The notes under the pieces are model-generated. The model had not been told where the DNA came from. It made no database searches and saw only the letters and a list, made by a program, of their open reading frames with translations. The translations under genes were made by a program, and so were the position numbers. Shown here piece by piece: positions 8,882-18,478 of a stretch of 34,294 nt of DNA (position 1 is its first letter; every line of letters starts with the position of its first letter). Source of the DNA: an uncultured Thermococci archaeon (GTDB lineage Archaea; Methanobacteriota_B; Thermococci; Thermococcales; Thermococcaceae); NCBI GenBank assembly GCA_964615185.1, contig CAZTOS010000002.1, positions 1 to 34,294 of the forward strand, in the 5' to 3' direction.

Positions 8882-9529
8882 TCAAGGTTTGAGCCAAAAT
8901 TCACCTTCTTTCTTAAATATTTTTCTCTTCTCTGCCATGTTCAAAGCTCCTTCAAGTCTTTCCTTCGGAACTTCAATACCGTGTAGCTCTTTGAATAATG
9001 CTATAATTTCATCTGTTGTGAGCTTTTCCTTCTCCTCAAAGAGGTTGTTTGTCAGGTTTATCATATCCTCGACGAAATTCCATGGGAATATAATCCATGC
9101 CCAATCAATTTCCTCTCCATAGTAGTCCGGTCTGAACTTTGAAGTTTTTATTGTTAACAGTGTTGCAGCCTTAACTTCAGCTGGATTTTTACTCTCAACA
9201 TAGTTTTTAGCCAGGGTTAAGCTCTCCCCTGTGTCAGCTATATCATCAACAATTAGAACTTTCTTTCCTTCAAAAGGATACTCCGTTCCGTATTTTAACC
9301 TTGCTTTTCCATCTGGCGTGGCAGTTATCCCCCAGTGCTCCACTTTGATACTCACTAAGTCTTTAATGCCAAGATAATCACAGTACAGCCTTGCCGAAAC
9401 CCAGCCACCTCTTGCAAGCCCGACTACAACGTCTGGCTTCCACCCTTCGTCAAGAATCTTTAGAGCTCCTTTCTTTGCCCATCTCTCAATATCATCCCAA
9501 GAAGCGAGATATGCTGGAAACTTCTTCAT
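8882..9529 (-). CDS. Type I purine phosphoribosyltransferase (hypoxanthine/xanthine-guanine PRT-like)
   Basis: VVGLARGG, PRPP loop VLIVDDIADTGESL, WIIFPW. Confidence 0.92.
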   Translation of the reverse strand: MKKFPAYLASWDDIERWAKKGALKILDEGWKPDVVVGLARGGWVSARLYCDYLGIKDLVSIKVEHWGITATPDGKARLKYGTEYPFEGKKVLIVDDIADTGESLTLAKNYVESKNPAEVKAATLLTIKTSKFRPDYYGEEIDWAWIIFPWNFVEDMINLTNNLFEEKEKLTTDEIIALFKELHGIEVPKERLEGALNMAEKRKIFKKEGEFWLKP

Positions 9530-9599
9530 GATTTCCCTTAACGGCGTTAATAGAGTAGGAATATTTAAATGTTTCTATGCAAAAAGAGGAATGGAAACA

Positions 9600-9728
9600 T
9601 CAGTTTTTAAGCAGATTCATTGCAACTTCTGTATAGAGTTTTGGGAGTAGTTTAAGGGAGGTAACATCGGCATATTCATTTGGTACGTGAACGTTTCCTC
9701 CTCTTGGTCCAAAATCTATTGCTTCTTT
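9600..9728 (-). pseudogene. C-terminal remnant of an M20 (ArgE/DapE-like) metallopeptidase
   Basis: Manual translation gives EAIDFGPRGGNVHVPNEYADVTSLKLLPKLYTEVAMNLLKN*, which has the M20 FGP..H.PNE motif. There is no start codon before an in-frame upstream TAG. Confidence 0.8.
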
Positions 9729-9777
9729 GAATCTGTAAATTAAAGGCAGAAGAGCTGATAAATGCTAACCTTAGAAT

Positions 9778-10845
9778 TCAGAATCTGAACTTTAGGGCGG
9801 CATATGCTAAAGGTCTTTCGGCAATGAAGTATTTGCCATTCCTCTTTTCAACCATTCCAGCTCCAATCAGATTGTTTAGAATCCTTGAAAGTTTCGGCTT
9901 GCTGACATTTTCAAACCTGGAAAGCTCCCTCATAAGCTCGCTCCAGGTAAACCCAAATCTGCTCTGAGCGAGAATAAACAGAACCCTTGGATATGTCCTC
10001 GATGTGTATATGTTGAGAAATGCATCCAAGTCGTTTTCCCACAGAGAGACGGCATGTTCAAATGCGTTTTTTAAGGCTTCACCGTGAGAGCTTCCATTGA
10101 GCCGTAAAACACCGTAAATCGCCAGAAAACCCGGAACACCTGAAAGTTCTTCTGTGGCCTCTTCAAGCTCTTCGTTTGAATATTCAAGATTTTCTTCATC
10201 AAAGCCTTTCCTCAGATATTCGACCCCCTCCTTTTTGTCCCATCTGTGGATTTGTATTCTTTCAACATACCGGGCAAACATAGGACTTGTGGACGATGGA
10301 GAAAGCATCTTTTCAAGCAATCCCGGCATTGAGCCTGTCATTATGACAACGACGTTATCAAGGGCATTGTGGATCATTTGAAAAATTCCAAGCATGTTTA
10401 TTCCTCTAACAAAGGCAAGCACTTGGGCTTCGTCAAACACCAGCAGAAATCTCCTGTATTTTTCATTGAGCTCCCTTAGAAGATTTATGAAGGCATTTTC
10501 AAACTCCATGCCATGCTCCACTTTAAATCTCATCTTGAGCATTCCGAGATTGAGCTGTCCCTCTGCTGAGAGCTTCTTGGTATTGAATCCAATGAGGACT
10601 GGAGTTATGGAACGGTAGCTCACGCCCGTCAGTCCGATGTATGGAGAGAGGTCATAGTACAGGTATGGATATTTGTAGTGGTTCAGAAACGTTCTCAGGA
10701 CGCTTGTCTTGCCAACTCTCCTCGGTCCCAGAAGGGCAGTAAACTTGCCTTTGTCCACGTTGTCTTTCAGCTTTCTCACGGCTTCCTTATGCTCCTTCCC
10801 ATGGAGCTTTTCCAATTCAGATATAGGTCTGTCTGTAAATCCCAC
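9778..10845 (-). CDS. Archaeal P-loop ATPase (ATPase_2/STAND-related) with C-terminal winged HTH
   Basis: GPRRVGKTS, VFDEAQ, MTGS, and a wHTH-like FTWSEL..LSRILNNLIGAGMVEKRNGKY. GTG start with GGGGTG RBS. Confidence 0.9.
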   Translation of the reverse strand: MGFTDRPISELEKLHGKEHKEAVRKLKDNVDKGKFTALLGPRRVGKTSVLRTFLNHYKYPYLYYDLSPYIGLTGVSYRSITPVLIGFNTKKLSAEGQLNLGMLKMRFKVEHGMEFENAFINLLRELNEKYRRFLLVFDEAQVLAFVRGINMLGIFQMIHNALDNVVVIMTGSMPGLLEKMLSPSSTSPMFARYVERIQIHRWDKKEGVEYLRKGFDEENLEYSNEELEEATEELSGVPGFLAIYGVLRLNGSSHGEALKNAFEHAVSLWENDLDAFLNIYTSRTYPRVLFILAQSRFGFTWSELMRELSRFENVSKPKLSRILNNLIGAGMVEKRNGKYFIAERPLAYAALKFRF

Positions 10846-10846
10846 A

Positions 10847-10894
10847 GGTTACACCCCTGAAACCGGTTACACCCCTGAAACATATAAGCCTTTT
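10847..10894 (-). promoter_or_regulatory. BRE/TATA followed by two tandem 18-bp palindromic operator-like boxes
   Basis: Minus-strand AAAAGGCTTATATG at 10881-10894. GGTTACACCCCTGAAAC(C/A) occurs at 10847-10864 and 10865-10882. Confidence 0.7.
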
Positions 10895-10895
10895 G

Positions 10896-13800
10896 TCAGG
10901 GGATGTACTTCACCACCGAGGAGATGTAGTTTTCCGGGGCTTTCAGTTCTCTTAACACAAGTCTTGCTTCTTCTCTTGTTAGTCCATAGAGCTTAAAGAC
11001 GATGGCGTCTAAGTACGCTTCATTTTCCTTTGCCATTTTAATTGATGATGTTAGGTGCTTTACATTCGCAGAGGTTTTTACTGCATTGACTATCCTAACC
11101 GTCTCCTTGGGGGAGCCTCTTATAGTTGGAATCCCTGTCTTTGAAAGCAAATCACCGAGTGTTTTGACCTTTCTTCTTGATTCCAGCAGGCTTAGAAGGG
11201 AGAAATACAAGTGTTCAGCAATCTCTTCGCTTGATGCCTCAATTTCAGCTATCATGTAGAATGCATCAGCCTCTCTGCCGAGGATTTTTAGAGTTTTTCC
11301 TTCCACCGCAGCATCGAACTCATCGAACTCTGTTTCTTCATCGGATTTGAATTCAACGTTTGTTATGAACAGGTTTTCCGGTGGGATTACTCCAATTCCT
11401 CTCTTCCACTGGTCAATTAGTGTTCTTAGGGTCAGCTTTTTGTCTGAAAGCTTTTCGCTCCATTTTTGCCAGAGGGATTTGATTTCGTAGTGCTTCTTTA
11501 AGAGTTCGATGATTTCTTCTGTTGTGGTTTCGATTTCTTCGACGAGCTCTGGAGTTTGAGGAAGCTTGATTGGGAGGTCTTTTATAGAGGCTTTTCCGTA
11601 GGAATAGAACCCACCTTCAAATTCACTTCCTATTTGCTTCACACGCCAGTCAAGAAGTGAGCTGTTGAGGAGAGCAAGAAGATATCTTAGGGAAACGCTA
11701 GTATCTTCCTTTAATATTATAGCATTTCCTCCAGCTGTGCCTCCACCGACAAAGTAATATTGTCCTATATCATCAAGGGCAAATGTGGGTTTGTTCGATA
11801 GAACTTGGATTAAAATCTTTGGAAGTTCAAACTTATCATGATTTTTCTCATAGATATATCCGTACCACCTCGGACTACCCTTTAGTTTTCCTCTCTCCCT
11901 ATTCTCTAATCGCTCTTTATTTTCATTGAGATATTCCCAGATTTTGGGATATTTTTTGAGTTCATTTTTACTGAGAAGCTCCGCTTTTTTCATTCCATTC
12001 TTTTCAAGTACTTTATAAGGGAACAACAGAACATATCTGTACTCTGGCACAATCCATCTTTTAATTTCTTCACCCTTCAAAAGCGGCTTCAAAAGGTCTT
12101 TTTCCAGGAGGTATTCTTTATTGGTGGCTTTTGAGTAAACTCTATAATATTGCCCAAGCTCCTCTCTAAGCTCAAGGATATAAACTGGGTCTGCACTTGT
12201 AGCTAGCCCTTGGAAAATCTTTTCAACAATATCTTCAAGTCTCATGCTCCCCTTATAAATCTTCCTCACTATGGCTTTCTCCTCCTCGGTCAAAATTACC
12301 CAGACATCCTTTGAAATATCTTCCATAGGAACTTCAACGACCTGAATTCTTTCCTTCCTTACCTTTTCCGCATCATGTACCGCCTTAAGTTGCTCAACAC
12401 TCTCCTTGAGCTCCTCAACATAGGCATATTTGAGCTTTTCACGTTTGGCTTTCTCCAGAATCAGAATCATCGTGTAGGTTGTGGCTCCTTTGAATACCTG
12501 ATTATCCCCAAAGTCAATTATCAGCTTAACAGCTTTTTCCCTTGCCAAAAGCTCCCTCAGCTTTTCTCCATAATCTGCCTTCATCCACTTCTTCGTAACT
12601 ATAAATCCAAGCTCCCCACCTTCCTTTAACAGCCTGTAGCCGCGCTCAATGAATGGTAATGCTAAGTCATAGTTCTTATGCGCCGTTTCATAGAATTTAT
12701 TCAGGAAATCCACGTATTCCTTTGACTCCTTTTTAAGGTTCTGAATCCTAACATACGGCGGATTGCCAATGATGAAATCAAATCCTCCCCCAACGCTCCC
12801 GTCCTTGTTGAAAAACACCATGAAGAACTCAAGTGGATAGTGAATAAACCTCCTCTCTGCAAGCTTCTTGGCATTTAGCCCCTTCTCCGCCAAAACCTGC
12901 TTATACCTCTCATCCAGCACTTCTCTAATCTTGGCTTTTATCTCCTCAATTCTCTCCAGTGGTGTCAGCTCCTCGGGATTCTTCAGGAACTCTTCCCAGA
13001 GCTTCCAGAGCTCCTTAATCTCTTCTTTAAACTCGCTCATAACCTCCGGATTATCAAACCCCAAAAGCGAGTCTCCCGCTCTGAAGTTCAAACTCAAATT
13101 TGGCAGAACGTGCTCATTGTCACCAAGCTTTGCCCAGTGGAAGGCTTTGGGATTCAGCCTGATAAGCTCCCGCCATATGTTCATCTTGGCGACCTCTAAG
13201 GCATTTGCGTCAAGGTCGTTGGCAAATATGTGCCTCAAAACTATTTGAGACATCAAAATCCTTTCATCTTTTGGTAACAGTTCTCTAAGCCTCTTTGGAG
13301 CGCTCCTCTTTAAGAATGCCTCTATGCTGCTTGCTTTTACCTTCTCGCTTTCAATTTCATCAATTGCATCAATTATATCCCTGTAAGCTTCCCAGAGGAC
13401 TCTTAATGCCTTTATCAGGAACGAGCCTGAGCCGGATGCCAAATCAATAATCTTAATATCAAACAGCTCTCTTATTATCTCCTCAGCTTTTTCAAAGTCC
13501 CCTCTCTTTATAGCCTTAACAATCCCATCCTTAAGCTCATCCAGCCTCTTCTTCAGCGTCTCTTCGACTATGAACTGGGTGATGTATTTTGGCGTGTAGT
13601 AGATTCCCTTTTCCTTTCTCTGCTCCGCTAAGTATGTTTCATAAGCCTTGCCCAAAATATCTTCATCAATCTGGCTGTAGTCATATTGGGTTAATCCCAA
13701 TCCAAGAGCTTTCTGCCATTCCCTGAAACCCAAAACAACGGCAAGCCTTTCATAAAAAGTCTTCCAGTTTTCTGGTTCATCTTTGACTTTCTCGATTAAT

Positions 13801-14710
13801 CATCCCTGAAGAGCTCCGTATCATACAGCGGATAGAAGAAGTCATTTATCTCTGAGAGGAACTTCTGGAGGAACGTTTTATAGTGCCTGCCAGCCACCTT
13901 TGGGTTATCTTTGTGAGCCTCAGCCAAAGCTATGTAGCGTGAATACTGCTCCCAGGTCTTGTAGAGCCAGTTAAATTCTATCACACCGTAATCATCGAGT
14001 GTTTGGATGAATATGAGCTTGTTTAAGAGGTGAAGGATTAAACGGTTCTTTTCCTTCTCATCAACCCTAAACTCTATCTCACTGAGAAGCTTTATCCACT
14101 CCTTAAGGCTCTCGAAAAACTTTGCATCAAGCTCTTTACGCTCTATTAAATGCTCCTTTCTTTCTAAGAGGGAATAGAAATCTCCATACTTCTCTAAGTC
14201 GCTCATTAAGTCTTCGAAGTTGACAGAATAGAAGGGTTTGAACTTCTTTATTACAGTTTTTGAGCTGAAGAAGTGCCACTCATAAAGGTTCGTCAGGACA
14301 ACAAATCTCGCGGCTTCACTGAAGATGTATTTTTTGATTTGATCTTCGTATTCTCTGTAATCGAGTTCGTTCCTAACCAGTTTATCCTTTCTAAGCTCAA
14401 AGAGCCGTTTGAACTCAATCAAGATTTTCCTTCCCAATGAATCTCTAACAATCAGGTCAATAAAACCCGGGCCGATATTAACTTCCGGTGCACCTTTTAA
14501 GCCAAGTACCCTGAGAATAGGAGCATTTTTATAGAAAAAATTTTGTCTCAGACTTTCTTCAGGTTTTGCTTTGCTCACAATTGCATCTAAATACTCTTTC
14601 ATGTCCTCGCTCTCAAGTTCCTCTTTGAGTTCTTCAAGAGAAGATAAGGGAATTGATCTCTCTTTTACAAGCCTCTCAAGGTCATTTCGCAGGGCTTCGA
14701 TTTCATCCAT
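10896..14710 (-). pseudogene. Type IIG (Eco57I-like) fused restriction-modification enzyme, split by a 1-nt frameshift at about 13798
   Basis: 5' ORF (ATG 14710, GGTGA RBS) has the nuclease motif FIDL..ILIEFK. 3' ORF has GIYYTP, DLASGSGSFL, GNPPY and a TRD. GAT GAT TAA TCG becomes GAT GAT TTA ATC with one extra T, giving a continuous 1271-aa ORF. Confidence 0.88.
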
Positions 14711-14760
14711 GAACTTCACCAAAGAATAAATAAAAACAGGCAGAATATAAATCTTACCAA

Positions 14761-16185
14761 CTAAACATTTATCCTCTTCCAAATTGTTCCTTGTGGAGTA
14801 TCTTCAAGCTGGATGCCAAGCTCTCTAAGCTCTGCTCTAATTTTATCCGCTAAGGCATAGTTCTTCTGCTTTCTCAGCTCAGCTCTAACTTGGACTAACA
14901 GCTCAATCAGCTCCTCCTCTTTTGTCTCCTTCGTCTCTTTGAAGTATTCCTCAAAGATTCCAAAGATTTCGCCGACCATCTTGAAGAATTCAAGGGCTTT
15001 TCTCAGAACGCTTTCCTTTGGCTTTTCTACCTTTGTCAGGTATTTGTTCACAGCGTTTGCGACCTCAAATATTGGTCTCATGGCTTCGGCAGTGTTGAAG
15101 TCATCCTCCATTGCTTCATAGAACTTTCTCTTTGCTTCTCTAATCACTTCATAAAGCTCAAACTCCTCTTTGCCCCACTTGAATGGTATCTCCGCTTTTT
15201 CAAGGGCAATTCTGATGTTTTCGATTGTGTTGTAAAGCTTTTCGAGGTTGTTCTTTGCATGCTGTATCCCCTCTTCCGTGTAGTCAAGGGGTGAGCGGTA
15301 GTGCTTCTGCAGGACAAAGAACCTTATAACCTCCGGAGAGTATCTCTGCAAAAGCTCCCTTATCGTTACAAAGTTCCCCAAGCTTTTGCTCATCTTTTCT
15401 CCTTTTACCATGACAAATCCTGTGTGAAGCCAGTACCTAACCCATTCCTTACCTGTGCATGCCTCTGTTTGGGCTATTTCATTTTCATGGTGCGGAAATA
15501 TTAGGTCATTTCCACCGCTGTGAATGTCAAACTGCTCCCCCAAATACTTAGTACTCATAGTTGAACATTCAATATGCCATCCTGGCCTCCCTTCACCCCA
15601 TGGTGAATCCCATTTTGGCTCTCCGGGCTTAGCTTTCTTCCAGAGAGCAAAATCCTCTGGATTCTTCTTCCCTTCACCAGGCTCAACTCTTGCTCCTTTT
15701 CTAAGCTCTTCAAGCTTTATTCCGCTGAGCTTTCCATAGTCTTTGAACTTTTGAACCTCAAAGTAAACTCCATCGCTCCCTTCGTATGCATAGCCTTTCT
15801 CCTCAAGCTTCTTTACGAATTCAATTATGTCTTGAATGTGCTCCGTAACCCTCGGATAGATGTCAGCTGGCTTAACTTTCAAGGCCTTCATGTCCTCAAG
15901 GAAATACCTCAAGAACTTTTCAGCCAATTCCTTTGGGTCTTCGCCCGTCTCCTGAGCTCTTCTGATGATTTTATCATCTATGTCTGTAAAGTTCATGACC
16001 ATCAAGACGGTGTAACCCTTGTGCTCAAGGTATCTCCGGATAACATCAAAAGCAATATACGTCCTCGCATGGCCAAGATGAGTGTAATCATAAACGGTTG
16101 GACCACAAACGTACATCCTGACTTCTCCTTCTCTCAAAGGTTTGAATTCTTCTTTCTGTTTTGTGAGCGTGTTGTAAACTTTCAT
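14761..16185 (-). CDS. cysS: Cysteine--tRNA ligase
   Basis: YVCGPTVYD, HLGH, GRPGWHIECS, FPHHENE, KMSKS. Start moved to ATG 16185, after AGGTGA. Confidence 0.98.
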   Translation of the reverse strand: MKVYNTLTKQKEEFKPLREGEVRMYVCGPTVYDYTHLGHARTYIAFDVIRRYLEHKGYTVLMVMNFTDIDDKIIRRAQETGEDPKELAEKFLRYFLEDMKALKVKPADIYPRVTEHIQDIIEFVKKLEEKGYAYEGSDGVYFEVQKFKDYGKLSGIKLEELRKGARVEPGEGKKNPEDFALWKKAKPGEPKWDSPWGEGRPGWHIECSTMSTKYLGEQFDIHSGGNDLIFPHHENEIAQTEACTGKEWVRYWLHTGFVMVKGEKMSKSLGNFVTIRELLQRYSPEVIRFFVLQKHYRSPLDYTEEGIQHAKNNLEKLYNTIENIRIALEKAEIPFKWGKEEFELYEVIREAKRKFYEAMEDDFNTAEAMRPIFEVANAVNKYLTKVEKPKESVLRKALEFFKMVGEIFGIFEEYFKETKETKEEELIELLVQVRAELRKQKNYALADKIRAELRELGIQLEDTPQGTIWKRINV

Positions 16186-16305
16186 TTTTATCACCTGAAG
16201 AAAATTTTTGTTTGGGTTTTATTAGGCTATCGTTAGTGGCAAGTGCAAAGCTTAAAAACCCAACTCCCCAATTTAAACCAGCTTAAAAAACAGGAGGTCA
16301 TGCTC

Positions 16306-17175
16306 ATGAAAGTGGCGAAGGGAGATGTTGTAAGACTTCATTACATTGGAAAGGTCAAAGAAACTGGAGAAATCTTTGACACAACCCATGAGGAAGTTGC
16401 AAAGGAAGCTGGAATTTACAGTGAGAAGGGTATTTACGGTCCAGTGCCAATTGCAATCGGTGCTGGTCATGTTCTTAAAGGGCTTGATGAACAGCTTGAA
16501 GGCCTTGAGGTAGGAAAGAAGTACATTATTGAAGTTCCCCCAGAGAAAGCATTTGGAAGGAGAGATCCCAGGCTTATCAAGACCTTCACCCTCGGTCAGT
16601 TTAGAAGGCAAGGAATCATGCCATTCCCAGGGTTAGAAGTCGAGATAGAGACTGAAAGTGGAAAGAAGCTTAAAGGAAGAGTTTTAAGCGTTTCAAGCGG
16701 AAGGGTTAGGGTTGATTTCAATCACCCATTAGCTGGAAAAACCATTGTGTATGAAGTTGAGATAATGGAAAAGATTGAAGACCCCCTTGAGAAAGTTAAA
16801 GCATTAATCGAGCTGAGACTTCCAATGGTAGACCTCAGCAAAGTCAAGATTGAAGTCGGAGAAAAGGACGTCAAAGTTGACTTCAGCGATGTTGAAATTG
16901 ACAAGAATACTCTTATCCTTGGGGAAATCATCCTTGAGAGCGACCTCAGGTTCATTGGTTATGAGCAGGTTGAATTTAAGCCTACAATTGATGAGCTTTT
17001 GAAACCTCCAGAAGTCAAAGTTGAAGAAGAGATAGAGGAAGAAGTAAAGGAGCAGGAAAGTAAAGAGGGGGCAGGTGAAGAAAGCAAAGAAGAGAAAGTG
17101 GAAGAAGTTGCCGAAACTGCAGATGAGGAAGAAGAAAAAGCTGAAGAAGGAGTTAAAGAGGAAGCCAAAGAATGA
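16306..17175 (+). CDS. Long-type archaeal FKBP peptidyl-prolyl isomerase (SlyD-like)
   Basis: VRLHYIG..IFDTT, PPEKAFG, VDFNHPLAGK, acidic tail; ATG after GGAGGT. Confidence 0.95.
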   Translation: MKVAKGDVVRLHYIGKVKETGEIFDTTHEEVAKEAGIYSEKGIYGPVPIAIGAGHVLKGLDEQLEGLEVGKKYIIEVPPEKAFGRRDPRLIKTFTLGQFRRQGIMPFPGLEVEIETESGKKLKGRVLSVSSGRVRVDFNHPLAGKTIVYEVEIMEKIEDPLEKVKALIELRLPMVDLSKVKIEVGEKDVKVDFSDVEIDKNTLILGEIILESDLRFIGYEQVEFKPTIDELLKPPEVKVEEEIEEEVKEQESKEGAGEESKEEKVEEVAETADEEEEKAEEGVKEEAKE

Positions 17176-17759
17176 AGGCATTCCTCCTTTATCTAATTTC
17201 CTTGATTTTTATTATCCTTAACCGATACCTGGGGCAAAATATATACGAATGGGCATTCTATGATGGTCTATTCTATGTGTTTCTACCCCTAATCGTGGCA
17301 TATCTCTTGGGCTTCAAGCTTAATGAGTTGGGGTTCAAAATTGGCAAAAGGGAGGGCTATATCTGGGTTTTTGTCCTTTTTCTGGCAACCTTACCACTGA
17401 GCATTTATGCATCCAAAATGGAGAGCTTCCGAACCTTTTACCCGATTTTCAGCTATTCCTCTTGGGGTGATTTTATCTTTAAGGAGCTATTGGTTGGAGC
17501 GATAATGTTTGCACATGAAGCGTTTTACAGAGGAATTCTGCTGTTTCCGTTAGCAAAAAGGAATGAGTGGCTTGGAATCTTAGCCCAGAACATTCCCTAC
17601 ACTCTCGTCCATATAGGAAAGCCGCCGTTGGAAGTTCCATATTCCTTTGTGGCTGGTATAGTATTTGCAAAAATGGATTTGAAGAGCGAAAGCTTTCTGC
17701 CAAGTTTTCTGCTCCACTGGATTGGTTCCGCTGTGTTTGATGTGCTCTGTGTCATATGA
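17172..17759 (+). CDS. CPBP (CAAX/Abi) family intramembrane protease
   Basis: Polytopic; HEAFYRG, YTLVHIGKP, LLHW motifs. Confidence 0.85.
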   Translation: MKAFLLYLISLIFIILNRYLGQNIYEWAFYDGLFYVFLPLIVAYLLGFKLNELGFKIGKREGYIWVFVLFLATLPLSIYASKMESFRTFYPIFSYSSWGDFIFKELLVGAIMFAHEAFYRGILLFPLAKRNEWLGILAQNIPYTLVHIGKPPLEVPYSFVAGIVFAKMDLKSESFLPSFLLHWIGSAVFDVLCVI

Positions 17760-18441
17760 GCCCGATTTCTATGCTTCCATTTACCGTAGAAAGCTTGACT
17801 GAATACTTTCCAGAACCAAGCTGTGCGCTGAAACTTTTGGGTCCAAATGTCCCTGCCAAAGATGTTGCAACATTTTCAAAACCCTCCGTGGAGATTGTTC
17901 CATTTGTCGTGCTTGCCGAGATCGTTACATCAGCTTCTCTCGGAAGTAGAACTTTTATTGAACCGTTTACAGTTGAAATCTTCACATCGTTTCTCACTGC
18001 TTTTAACACAGCTTTTATTGGGCCGTTTACATTTCCAACTTTACCAACTTCTACATTTTCAAGCTCAATTGCTCCATTTACATTCCCAATCTTTGGAACT
18101 CCATTAACATCTGAAATTGAGATTTTACCATTTACACTGCCAACCCTCTCTACTTCAACAGTTTTTGGAACAAGAATGTCAAAGCTAACTGAACTTCCAC
18201 CTAAGCTGACGCCAAATGTTTTCTTATGCTTAGCCTCGATTTTTAGAAAATTCCCTTCCTTCTTCACCTTAATCTTTGGCTCTGGTGCAAGGAGACCCCA
18301 TTTCTTTTCTGCCTTCATTTTTATTGTATTCCCATCGTAGCCTTTTATTCTGATGTGTCCGTTCACATTGCTAAGGACAAGCTTTAACCCCTCGGTTACC
18401 TCGTACTCTCTCTCAACTATCTCAATCATATTGCTCACCAT
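17752..18441 (-). CDS. DUF4097-like beta-strand-repeat protein
   Basis: Repeated (S/N/T)VNGxI units. Alternative start at 18429 after GGTGA. Confidence 0.8.
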   Translation of the reverse strand: MVSNMIEIVEREYEVTEGLKLVLSNVNGHIRIKGYDGNTIKMKAEKKWGLLAPEPKIKVKKEGNFLKIEAKHKKTFGVSLGGSSVSFDILVPKTVEVERVGSVNGKISISDVNGVPKIGNVNGAIELENVEVGKVGNVNGPIKAVLKAVRNDVKISTVNGSIKVLLPREADVTISASTTNGTISTEGFENVATSLAGTFGPKSFSAQLGSGKYSVKLSTVNGSIEIGLI

Positions 18442-18478
18442 TACTATATTGGATGCTCAAAGGAAAAGTAAAATGTGG

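Noticed and set aside
13790..13810. Programmed frameshift or homopolymer phase variation in the RM gene
   Set aside because: No slippery heptamer or long run (only TT/TTT) at the site.
15505..15530. CysRS DIHSGG instead of the common DIHGGG
   Set aside because: Single substitution at a position that varies among CysRS; all catalytic motifs are intact.
17000..17172. GAA-rich low-complexity tract
   Set aside because: Explained by the acidic tail of the long-type FKBP.
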